From positions 26,280 to 90,279 of the forward strand of contig CAVTSM010000013.1 in the NCBI GenBank assembly GCA_963737345.1: a DNA stretch of 64,000 nucleotides. Reading direction: 5' to 3'. The position numbers and the translations under genes were made by a program. The notes below the pieces were generated by a model. That model made no database searches, had not been told where the DNA came from, and saw only the letters and a program-made list of their open reading frames with translations. Source of the stretch: an uncultured Pseudomonadota bacterium. Its GTDB lineage: Bacteria > Myxococcota_A > Polyangia > Fen-1088. This document shows, one piece after another, positions 10,811-20,700 of the stretch. Each line of letters opens with the position of its first letter. Position 1 is the stretch's first letter.

Positions 10811-12153
10811 CCAGGTAAGTCGCCGATTGGTCGCGCTTTTTCGGAGTCGCCGCGCGCGCTGAGATCGCCGTTTTCGAAAGCCTGCAGCAAGGGTGCAGCA
10901 AACCCGGGCGGGTCGGCCGTCTTCGGGGCCAGCTTCGTGGGCGTCGAAGCGGTAGCTGAAGCCGCGACCGGCAGCTCGTCGGGCGTCTTCGGGTTGATCG
11001 CCAGACGGTCGATCGCGCTCCGCAGGTAGCCCGGGGAGAGGTGCGCGTAGAACTCCGTCGTGATGCGCGGGTCGGTGTGCCGCATGATCCGCTGGACCGC
11101 CGGGAGGTCGGCGCCCGCCATGATGAGCAGCGAGGCCGTCGTGTGGCGCATGTCGTGGAACCGGAGCGGCCGGGACTGCGGGGCCGGCCAGAGCTTCATC
11201 TTGCATTTCGGGCAGCGGCGGACATCGTCGTCTGGCGCCAGCTCGGCGTACCCACACCCGCGCCGCCGGCAAATGTGGCGGTAGCCAGTGAGGATGTTCG
11301 CGCGGCGTAGCGCCCGCCGCAGGATCAGCTCGAGCTGAACTTGCCGCGAAAACATCCCGCCGTCGGGTCGCGGGAACACCAGCTCGGACGGAGATGCTTC
11401 GACGGCCGCGCGCAGGTACGGGAGAAGCTCCGCCGCGATCGGGATCGCATCGGCGTGGTTGCCTTTGGTTGTCTCGCGGTCGTGCGACCGGCGGATCGTT
11501 ATGAGCCGCGCCGAGAAGTCGACGTCCGCCTTCCGCAGCGCGAGCAGCTCTCCCTTGCGCATCCCAGTGTAGATCGCCGTCGCGAACAGGCACTTCCACT
11601 TGGCCGGCAGCTCGGCGAGGACGGCGACGACCTCCTCTGTGCGCAGGTAATCGGGCAGCCGATGCGGCACCTTCCGTTTCGGCACGTCCGCAACCGGGTT
11701 CGCTCCGACGAACCGCTTCGCCCGTCGCGCCATGGTGAACGCCCGACCGAGGTAGCCGCGAAGGTGGTTGAGCGTCTCGGCTGCCAGCTCCAGTGACTTC
11801 TCTTCGAGGAAGGCCTCGACATCGCCCGCCGTGACGTCGACGAGCCGGCGCGCGCCGAGCGCCGACCCGACGAGGTGCTTCCGGATCGTCCCGATGCAGG
11901 GTCCGTAAGAAACCTTCCGCTTGAGGAACTTCTCGGCCCACCAGTCGATCAACTCGTCGACCGTGCCGCCGCCGTCCTCGGGCGGGCGCACATCGAGGCC
12001 GTGCCGCGCGCGATCCTCGGCGACCTGGATTTCGCGAAGCAGCTCGAGGGCCTGCCCTTTCGTGCGGGCGTCGCAGACCCTGTCCTGCCAGCGTCCGCTC
12101 GCGTCCTTGTACTTGAGGTACCACCGCTTCCCGCGAAGGTATGGCTGCGCCAT
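10768..12153 (-). CDS. int: Tyrosine integrase, element-encoded part; frame stays open through attL and runs on to 9934 in the integrated state
   Basis: Catalytic motifs TGMRKGE, FHDMRH, MRH, EFYAH; Cys-rich insertion CRRRGC...CPKC; no stop before the att core. Confidence 0.92.
10881..10902 (+). repeat. Putative integrase arm-type site (left)
   Basis: CCTGCAGCAAGGGTGCAGCAAA (2x TGCAGCAA), identical to 26408-26429. Confidence 0.7.
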
Positions 12154-12164
12154 TTTCGGGCCCC

Positions 12165-12404
12165 CTACTCCGTCTCCGTGCCAGTGCGCGGTCGCATCGA
12201 CAGGACCCTACCTCCACGCTCGGCCTCACCGTGAGCGAATGCTTTCACCCTCGCCGGGTTGAATCGGAGCAGCGCTCCAATCCGGAGGTGGGGCAGCTTG
12301 CCCGCCTCCGCCTGGTGGTAGACCCACGACCGACTCGCCTTCAGGTAACGAGCGACGTCGTTCGCGTCCCACAGCTCCTCGGTTGCTTGCGCGTCCGTGC
12401 TCAT
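12165..12404 (-). CDS. Excisionase-like HTH_17 protein
   Basis: WDANDVARYLKASRSWVYHQAEAGKLPHLRIGALLRF; GGAGG RBS; directly upstream of int. Confidence 0.85.
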   Translation of the reverse strand: MSTDAQATEELWDANDVARYLKASRSWVYHQAEAGKLPHLRIGALLRFNPARVKAFAHGEAERGGRVLSMRPRTGTETE

Positions 12405-12500
12405 CAGATCCTCCATGCGTGGGGTGGTCGAGAGATCGTCCGGAGGCCGCAGTCCGTCGACCGCCTGCGTTTCCGGCAACAATCGCACCTGGCGCACAGG

Positions 12501-12516
12501 CTGAACTTATGTTCAG
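12501..12516. promoter_or_regulatory. Putative LexA (SOS) box, myxobacterial type
   Basis: Palindromic CTGAAC-TTAT-GTTCAG between the divergent xis-int and HTH genes; resembles the M. xanthus LexA consensus CTRHAMRYBYGTTCAGS. Confidence 0.7.
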
Positions 12517-12717
12517 ATTACGTCCAGGATGGGGACAGAAAACCCGTCAGGGAGACAGGTTTCGCGACAGCTTCTCGTTCGTGCTTCACCGACGGAGAAG
12601 CCCGTGTCGAGATCGCCGCGCACAACGTCGACAGGTTCGGGAGCGACTGGATCAACCAAACCGGCGTCGCTGCCCGAAGGCCGAACCGGCGGACGGCCTC
12701 CGCGGCTCCTGCCAACG

Positions 12718-13185
12718 ATGGACCCCACGCAGTGGCTCACCCGTGGCGCCGCTGCCCGCCAGCTCGGCGTGCACGTATCGACCATCCGCCGCCTCGAAGC
12801 ACGCGGCGAGCTGGTACCCAAGATCGAAGAGGAAGGCGGACTGCGCTACTTCACGCTCTGGCAAGTTATGGAGGTGCGTGACCCTCGAACGCGGAAGGCT
12901 CGAGAGCGTGCCGCCGACATCCGACTCGCCGCGTTCGAGCTCTTTCATCGAGGTGTGGACTGGCGCGACGTCGCGATCCGCCTCCGGTACGATCCTCTGC
13001 GCGTCCACCGGCTCTGGCGCCTCTACTCCATGGGCGAAGGGATTCGCGACCGACAGGACCCCCTACCCCCGAAACCGGAGCCACCGGGGACACCGGAGCC
13101 GGCTCACCGCAACCACACGACTCTACGGGACAAATCCAACTCGCTGGGTGACCCCGGTTTCGCGAAAACCGGAGCCAAACGCTGA
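12718..13185 (+). CDS. MerR/HTH_17-like DNA-binding protein with a second helical domain
   Basis: WLTRGAAARQLGVHVSTIRRLEARGEL...AFELFHRGVDWRDVAIRL; similar layout to 25525..26064. Confidence 0.7.
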   Translation: MDPTQWLTRGAAARQLGVHVSTIRRLEARGELVPKIEEEGGLRYFTLWQVMEVRDPRTRKARERAADIRLAAFELFHRGVDWRDVAIRLRYDPLRVHRLWRLYSMGEGIRDRQDPLPPKPEPPGTPEPAHRNHTTLRDKSNSLGDPGFAKTGAKR

Positions 13186-13334
13186 GACAGCCCTTGATGA
13201 CCCGGTCGCGTTGGCCCCGGTCGTGGCCCCGGCTTGTCCCCGCCTTCCATGGAAACCGGAGACAGCCGAATGCTCAGCGATGTCGAGGACGTGCACCTAC
13301 TTTCGTGCCGCCTGTCCCCGGTGGCCCCGGTTTC
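13071..13334. repeat. Cluster of short direct and inverted repeats (iteron/origin-like)
   Basis: GAAACCGGAGCCACCGGGGACA (13071-13092) and TGTCCCCGGTGGCCCCGGTTTC (13313-13334) are a 21/22 inverted pair; further G(A/G/T)CCCCGG and ACCGGAG units lie between them. Confidence 0.6.
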
Positions 13335-13608
13335 CGGAGGGAGAGGGCCTGCGGCCGTTTCGGTCGTGTGCGGGCGGATAAGCACTAGCCGCACGAAGCA
13401 CCCGTGACGAGTCGCGCGACCGCGCCGTCGGAGCGATCGACTCCGCGACAGAGCGCCTCGACGCTCTGTCCGCGACCACATGGATCGGTTTTCGGACGAC
13501 CTGGAAGAACACTTGCAGAAGATCCGCGTGCCAAAGCAGGATGAACTCGGGCTCTCAGGCTTTAAGCGTCGACGACGCGGGAAAGCCAAGGTAGGAGGCG
13601 CGCGCACG

Positions 13609-16600
13609 ATGCCGGAAGAGGGGGACGAACACATAGAGCACATCAGGCGGGCGCTGTGGAGTCGCCCGCACCAGCATGGGGCGTCCGTGATGGTGGGCGC
13701 TGGCTTCAGTCTGAATGCCGTCCCTAAACGTTCCGGCGCCCCACCGTTCCTGGTCTGGCGCCAGCTCCTGAGTCGTTTCGAACAGAGGCTTGGCTACGCG
13801 GCAGATTCGGGGCGAGGAACGTCAGACGCTCTTCGACTCGCCTCTGAGTTCGAGAGTGCCTTTGGACCGACGGCGCTCGAAGAACTACTGCGCGACTCGG
13901 TCCCGGATGAACACTACCGCCCCGGGCCGCTTCACTCGCTGCTCATGTCCCTGCCTTGGGCCGAGGTGTTCACGACGAACTACGATCGGTTCCTCGAAAA
14001 CGTGGCCATACCAGGTGTGCGCTATCCGGTGGTCAGAACGGCGGCGGATATCGCGTCCGCGGCGCGGCCTCGGATTGTCAAGCTTCACGGAAGCTTTCCC
14101 TCTTCGCGGCCGTTCATTATTACAGAGGAACATTACCGAACATATCCAAGGCATTTCGCGCCATTTGTAAACCTCGTGCAGCAGGCGGTTATGGAGACCG
14201 TGTTTTGCCTTGTCGGCTTCTCGGGTGACGATCCGAACTTCTTACAGTGGGCGGGCTGGGTCCGCGACAATCTCGGGGATGCAGCACCACCGATCTATCT
14301 TTGCGGTGTCCATGATCTGACTTCTGCTCAGCGCTACCTCCTCCAGAGCAGGCGCGTGGTACCTGTCGACCTCGCGCCGCGCTTTCCCAAGACGTTGCCC
14401 AGCGATGTTCGGCATGCGCGCGCCCTCGAGTGGTTCCTTCTTTCGTTGAAGAATGGAGAGCCTCCAGATCTCGGCGACTGGCCGACTCCCCCTGAGCCAC
14501 ACCCGTTGACTCAGGCGTCAACGCTTCCGCCGCTCCTCACGAACCCGGAGTTTCCCCCGGCGGCGCCTCCGGAACCTCATTTCGTGTATGGCGAGCCCTT
14601 CAGCGTCGACCAAGTGGAGACCCTTCTGACCTCATGGTTTGCCGAGCGCTCTTGGTATCCGGGATGGATCACTCTCCCCGAACCCAACCGGACCCATCTT
14701 TCCAACAGCACGGCTGATTGGCTTAGCGAACCCGGGATCGCCAAATGGAGTGAAGCGATGGCGATTCTGTCACCAGCAGAACAGATTCTGGCTTGGTATG
14801 AGCTTGGTTGGCGGATGGAGCGTTGCCTCCTGCCTCTCATCACTCGTCAGGCCAAGCTGATCGATGCGGCACTTAGACGAGTGTGCCCGTTCCCCGATTT
14901 CTTGGAAGGCACGGCCGATATTTCGCGGCCGAGCCCCCTATCACCCAGCTCGCGATGGCCACGCAACGGCCCTCGCCTCGACTGGGACGAGGTATCGCAA
15001 GCTTGGGTCGAATTGGCGTTCATGGTGCTGCGCAATGCGCGGGAGGAGTTCGACGATGGGACTTTCCAGGAATGGTCGGCTCTGGTTGTTAGAATCGCGC
15101 ACATAAGACCCGAGTGGCGTGCCCGACTACTGCGCGAGCAGTCTTCGAACTACCTTTACCGTCTTGAGCTGACGAATCTTCGCTCGTCCCTGGAGTCATG
15201 GGATTCGGATTCGTCTTCGCCGTACCTGAATGCGCAGCGAGCCGCGCTCCTCGGGGAGGCAGGGCGGAGCGAGGCAGCGCGAGCCGGCGCGGAGGCTGCC
15301 CTTCGTACGCTGCAGGAAGGCCCGCCTCCCGGGCAGTCGACTATCCGCACCATGTCCGAAGAGGGATGGCTGCTCTGGCTGGTGGACATTGTGCACGACG
15401 GATCGTTTGACGGCGCATCAAGTGACAACGGTCGAGCACAGCGCCGACGACAACTCGACAAGCTGGAGGCGTTTCGCTGCGACCCGCGCGAGCACGTGGC
15501 GGTTCGGGGTCGAAAGCTGAGAAGCGCCCGGCTTTCGAGTACCGAGAGGAGGGCTCGGACGTTCGACCCCGGCCGTTGGACCATCACCCGGAGCATCAAT
15601 AGGGCCGACCCACCGACGTGGCTGATGTTGCGCCTTCTCGACCAAGGATGCGCGCCGCTCCGTGCCTCCAACGTCGTAGTCTTCTCAGACGACGTTAGTC
15701 AGATGGCTCGCATTTTCTTCAGAGATGGGGAAGTGCAGCTCGCGACTTCCCTGCTGTTGCGTGTGCGTGACTCCAGCGCACGCAAGGCAATCGACGAACT
15801 GTTCAGTCAAGCGACAGTCGCGACCCTTGACCAGCGCAGAGTGGATGTTCTTTACCGCTGGATCGCAAGAATCGCACGGGAGTCAGTGTCGGTTCTCGAT
15901 TCGAATGCCGACGACAGATTCGCGGATGGTCTTCTCGGTCCATGTTGCGAGATCATTTCTCGTCTGATCTTTCGACTGGCGGAGGCCGACCGTATCGATG
16001 CGATGCGGTTGGCCAACGACATCTATGAGAGGTCCGGCGGGCGAGCCGACAGCCCTGCCAGGGAGATCGCTCACATGTATCGACGGCTGTTCTACGCGAT
16101 GTCTCGATCAGACATCGCCAATGTGTTGCCCGTTCTGCTGGGACTCCCAGTGTTTCGGGAAACGGGAGAATGGCACCCGGAGGCGTGGGCTGAACCTTTC
16201 GACGAGTTCAGGCCGCCGGAGTCCTATTCGGTCGCGCCCAACCCCGCTTGCGTGGACCAAATCAGCCGCCTCGTCCGTCAAGCACGAAGCAAGGACGGCA
16301 CGAGAGGCCGAGCCATCCGAAGGCTGACAGCTCTGCACAAGCTCGGTGCCCTCACCGAGGCTGAGGGGGTCGTGTTCGGCGATGCACTTTGGTCTCACCT
16401 CGATGCCTACGGGCTGCCGTCCGACACCGGGATTCTTCCCGGCCAATTCATGTGGCTACCACATCCCCCTGAAACCGACCCGAGGGCACGGCTCAAGGCG
16501 ATGCTGATCGATGCCCGGATACCCGGCATCATCCATACTGCGGGTGGCATTCGAAGCATCTCTTCCGCAGACGCGTCATCTGCCAGTCGCTACATTCGAA

Positions 16601-17445
16601 TGATCGAGTGGGCGAGTCGTAGCCCGCTGCGCCGCAGCGAGCCTGCAATAATCACTCTTGAGTGGACCCCTGGGGAACTGAGCGCCGTACTCCGAAAACT
16701 GACTGATTGGACGGCGAACAACCTGCCTCCAGGGCGACGCATTCTAGACCTTGACCTCGGCGCAGCTCCGATGAACGCAGTGTGTTCGATCGTCGGAAAT
16801 CTCTTCGTCCCGTTGGGGATGCAGGACACCGAGAACAAAAGAGCGGCGCTGGAACTGGCACGATTTCTCGGAACTGCCGAAGACTGCCCCTTGGCCTGCG
16901 CACCTGTCGACCTAATCGACGGTCACCGCTCAGCCGGTGAGGTCCGAGATCGGCTCATCACGGCATTGCACGCAATGGATGGGTCAGAAGAAAGGATGAC
17001 TGCGGCGGGAAACGGCTTGCTCCTCTGGGTTGGCTATTCGGAGAGCGGGCTCATCAACGCTGAGCCGACAGGCGCTCTAGAAGAGGTCGTCGCAGTGATC
17101 TCGTCTGTCCGGCAACCAGGGTTAGCTATTGCCCTCGACGTCATGGCCGCAGTGGCCGAGGAGTTCCCTGCGCGAATCGACGGGAGAATGGTCGGCCTAG
17201 TGCTACGAACTCTCGACTATCTGGTGCGCGGCACGGCGCTTCCGTCGCGCGGCCCAACAACGGATGACGGGCTCGAAGTGATCGAAGAACTAGCGTCCAT
17301 CCGAGCCAGTGCAGCTAGGTTGGCCTTCCGTCTCCACGCCTACCACACCACCCAGGCATTGCCTGCACCCCCCGTTCTTGAGCGCTGGCGAGAAATTTGC
17401 GCGACTGACGTCCTCCCAGAGGTGCGAAGGCAGTGGCCCTCTTGA
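13609..17445 (+). CDS. Defence-associated sirtuin, Dsr1-like (N-terminal SIR2 NADase plus large helical sensor region), 1278 aa
   Basis: ASVMVGAGFS, FTTNYD, IVKLHGSFP, FAPFVNLVQQAVMETVFCLVGFSGDDPNFLQWAGWVRDNLG; AGGAGG 10 nt before ATG 13609. Confidence 0.85.
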   Translation: MPEEGDEHIEHIRRALWSRPHQHGASVMVGAGFSLNAVPKRSGAPPFLVWRQLLSRFEQRLGYAADSGRGTSDALRLASEFESAFGPTALEELLRDSVPDEHYRPGPLHSLLMSLPWAEVFTTNYDRFLENVAIPGVRYPVVRTAADIASAARPRIVKLHGSFPSSRPFIITEEHYRTYPRHFAPFVNLVQQAVMETVFCLVGFSGDDPNFLQWAGWVRDNLGDAAPPIYLCGVHDLTSAQRYLLQSRRVVPVDLAPRFPKTLPSDVRHARALEWFLLSLKNGEPPDLGDWPTPPEPHPLTQASTLPPLLTNPEFPPAAPPEPHFVYGEPFSVDQVETLLTSWFAERSWYPGWITLPEPNRTHLSNSTADWLSEPGIAKWSEAMAILSPAEQILAWYELGWRMERCLLPLITRQAKLIDAALRRVCPFPDFLEGTADISRPSPLSPSSRWPRNGPRLDWDEVSQAWVELAFMVLRNAREEFDDGTFQEWSALVVRIAHIRPEWRARLLREQSSNYLYRLELTNLRSSLESWDSDSSSPYLNAQRAALLGEAGRSEAARAGAEAALRTLQEGPPPGQSTIRTMSEEGWLLWLVDIVHDGSFDGASSDNGRAQRRRQLDKLEAFRCDPREHVAVRGRKLRSARLSSTERRARTFDPGRWTITRSINRADPPTWLMLRLLDQGCAPLRASNVVVFSDDVSQMARIFFRDGEVQLATSLLLRVRDSSARKAIDELFSQATVATLDQRRVDVLYRWIARIARESVSVLDSNADDRFADGLLGPCCEIISRLIFRLAEADRIDAMRLANDIYERSGGRADSPAREIAHMYRRLFYAMSRSDIANVLPVLLGLPVFRETGEWHPEAWAEPFDEFRPPESYSVAPNPACVDQISRLVRQARSKDGTRGRAIRRLTALHKLGALTEAEGVVFGDALWSHLDAYGLPSDTGILPGQFMWLPHPPETDPRARLKAMLIDARIPGIIHTAGGIRSISSADASSASRYIRMIEWASRSPLRRSEPAIITLEWTPGELSAVLRKLTDWTANNLPPGRRILDLDLGAAPMNAVCSIVGNLFVPLGMQDTENKRAALELARFLGTAEDCPLACAPVDLIDGHRSAGEVRDRLITALHAMDGSEERMTAAGNGLLLWVGYSESGLINAEPTGALEEVVAVISSVRQPGLAIALDVMAAVAEEFPARIDGRMVGLVLRTLDYLVRGTALPSRGPTTDDGLEVIEELASIRASAARLAFRLHAYHTTQALPAPPVLERWREICATDVLPEVRRQWPS

Positions 17446-17700
17446 GGATCACGGTCGGCATACTGCGGACGGAATCAGAGCGGTACGCGGCAGCGACCGC
17501 GATGGCGCAGATCTGCCGGCCCGACAGGATCTCGCGCAACACTCGCAGCGACCCGGCGTCCGCCCACTGCAGATCGTCCAGGAACAGGACCAGCGGGTGG
17601 TCGGCCCGCGAGAAGACCTGCAAGAACTGCCGGAACACCAGCTCGAACCGGGCCTGCGACTGGGCCGGCCCCAGCAGCTCCCCGGCGAACCCTGAGTCGG
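17446..17700 (-). pseudogene. Internal fragment of an AAA-ATPase / Ser-Thr kinase sensor gene
   Basis: AQARFELVFRQFLQVFSRADHPLVLFLDDLQWADAGSL (Walker B region) with no start or remainder of the gene. Confidence 0.7.
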
Positions 17701-17725
17701 GTCACGACGGTCGGTACCGCGCGAA

Positions 17726-20700
17726 TCAGTCCCAGGCTCGTTCTTCGAGGCGGGCCTTCTCCCGTTCGAGCTGGCGCTGTTCATTCTCGAGGCACCACTG
17801 CCAGAACGGTCGAAGCACCGATTCCGTCTCTTCATCCAAGGCCTTTTGGGCGGTGTCGACCGCTTCCTGCCACCGCGGGTGAAGGTCCTTGGGTGATCCG
17901 GCCCACGACTCAACCCCATGGAAGAGCATGCTTGAGTAGACTTTGCGTCGGTCTTCGGTCCCGAGCCCGACGGCTTCCATTCGCTGACAAGCGGCCACCG
18001 CGATGCGACGCCAGCCTGTTGACCGCTCAGGATACCGGCTCGCGAATCGAGAGCGCCCCACGAGGGCGGCTGCCGTCGACGTCATGAGGGCGTCGTTGAT
18101 GTTGTCGACGATTACCTCGGCAACGGCCCTGCCGTGCGGATCGAGGCTCGCTAGCAACTCAGGGAGGTGGTACTCGATCGTCCAGTCCGCATCCGCCAGA
18201 CCCATCAGCTCTGCGATGGCAGCCCGTTCCTCCGGAGTCGCCGGGCGATCCGGAATCGGTTCCACAATCTGGACAAGATAGGTGTCGTGACCCGGCACCA
18301 AGAATACGTGACCAGGTCGGTTCTCTGCCGTGTGTAGTCGGTTATGTTCGCCGAATGCGGCCAATCGCCGGCGAAGGACACCGGCCATCCAGCCAAGTGG
18401 CTTATTAGGACAGCGGCCAAGGATTTGCTCAATTTCCCACCCCACGAGGTTGCCGCCAACGTCCCGGAGATCCGGCACGGTCATCGTGAGTTCCAGCAAC
18501 AGCTCCACCACCGAGGCCGAGACATCCGACTCCCCGAAATCGTGGGAGAGGGTGTCGTAGTAGCCGTGCCAGAGCGCATTCAGCGCATTGGCTCTCGTGT
18601 CCTGCGGAAGCTTCAGAAATTCGACGTTCGCCAGCGTGGCCGCCTGGTCGTCTCGACTCAAGAAGCGCCCAAGGACAAAGAAGACCGACTCCGTCCCCAA
18701 CGCCAGGAGCGCGGACTGGTGACTGTGCAAGAAAGCGCCGTCGGCCTCTCCGAACTCCCGGACCACGACCGAACCAGCCTGTCCGTAGATAGCCAACACG
18801 AATGCCGACAGGCTTTGTTCGTCCGGGAGGCAGGCAGCAAGGCCTTCCAAGGCTGAGTGAGTACCTCTTACGTCCTTCGCGACACGCAGGGCGTGGAGAT
18901 GTCCAGCCGCGATCGAAATCGCGAGCCGGAAGATCCGGTGTGACCTTCCCTCGCGCAGGCACCCCTTGACGAACTCCTGCACACCGGCCTCCCCACCGCG
19001 CCGTTCCCCAAGTAACCGTGCGAACTGGTGGACCTGGTTCGCACGCCACTCGTCAGCGTGAGTACTCGTAAACAGCAGGGCGCCATCAATGACACTGGCG
19101 ACGGCCGACACAGTCAGAGGCGACGGCAACGCTGCCACCGCCGCGCTCAGCTTCGCGTCGTCGTTCCCGATACTCTTGCTGCCAAAGAGGGGTGCGTAGA
19201 TGGCAACGACCGGATTCGCGAGGTAGGCATCCTCGCACTCCCGAGCGACGCGTTGCCGCTCCGATCCGCGATCGTACTTGAGATGCCACAGCCACAGCGC
19301 GCGTGCGGCCTGGATATCTTCAAGCGCGGCTCCCGCCGCTGACACGAGTTCGCGGCAGCGAACGAGATCCTCGCTCAAGAGCGCTTCCCATCCCTGCTCG
19401 TCCCTGACCTTATTCAAGTTCGTGTTAAGGTGATCGAGCAGTTCCCAGAGCACCTTGCGAGCTGCGCCGCGCAGAATCCCCAATTTCACCATCTTCCAAA
19501 GGCGTTCCCGAATCGCGATCACCGAACGCCCGAGCTCGCTCTGATGGAGGATCCGGAATGTCTCCATATGGAGCTTCATCGCATCGGCTTCGTCCAGATG
19601 CGTATCGTGTCGCTCGATCTCTAACAGAGCACGGAGGATGATTTGTCCACTTGCACTCGGTGGTAAACCGCCCTCGATCTCATCCAGGAACTTCACGGCG
19701 AGCGCCACCGCCTCACCGTGGAAGGAGCTCCGATAGCCGTAGCGCTCGTGCAGCATTCGCGGGATTAGGCTGGCTGCAGAGCTACCATCATTGTCGCGTG
19801 GCGGATTCGCTCGCCCTGCCTGCTCGTCAGCGAGCGAGGCGAGCTCAGCGAGAATTGCCTTGCGCTCGTCAGCGGTGGTCGCACCCTTCGCGGCCCTGAA
19901 GAGGACTGAGCCCAAAGAGTCGAGGACGGCTTCGCGCGAGACATGGTGCTCACCGAGCAGGGTCGGCTGAAGCGTCTCGGGAACGTTCCTCGAGCGCAGC
20001 GTCTTTGAGATCCGGGCCGCATATGAAGGACGCGGGAACGCAAGGGGCGAAGCGAAGGCGACAGTCTTTTCCTGGGCCTCGGTGTCGGCGGCCTTCTCCG
20101 CCAACCGAGCCGCGGCCTCAGCGATCGGACCCAAGAAATCCACTCCTTGTTCGAGCAGGATTTCCAATCGGGCGAGGGACCTCACAACGCGCTCGTCAAA
20201 AGGAGTAGGCGTGCCTGCAAGTGCTCCCGCCGCAAGTTCGTCGGCAATCGTCCTGGCCTCGCTCGATGGCCCGCGACCGTGGCCGTCATCGTAGGTCAGC
20301 CAATTGACGAGTAGGTGGTCTCTCAACACGTCCGGGCGAATCTCGACCAGGCGGCGCTCCACGCCATAGACGGTTAGGACCCGACGTCGCGCGAGATCGA
20401 CTATTGCACGATCGACGGCGCCGGCATCGGCGAAGCCGGTGTGGGCAGCTAGGAAGGCGAGGACTCCGTCGGCCTGGCGGTTGACCGGTTGAAGGAGAGC
20501 GATCCAGTTAAGCAGGTTGTGGACACGGGGCGCGTCGCCTATCTCGGGGCTCGTGTGCTCCAGGATGTCGCGGAGGTACTCAGCGGCGATGCGGAACTCG
20601 TCTATGGGCAGGTCCGCCAAGTCGCCGCGCTCTTCAAGCAGGCGAACAGCGACAGTCATCCAAATCGGGAACCTCCCACATACGTTGACGAGCCAACGGA

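Noticed and set aside
13480-13608. ORF-track start of the sirtuin at 13480
   Set aside because: AGGAGG precedes ATG 13609 and SIR2-like sequence begins there.
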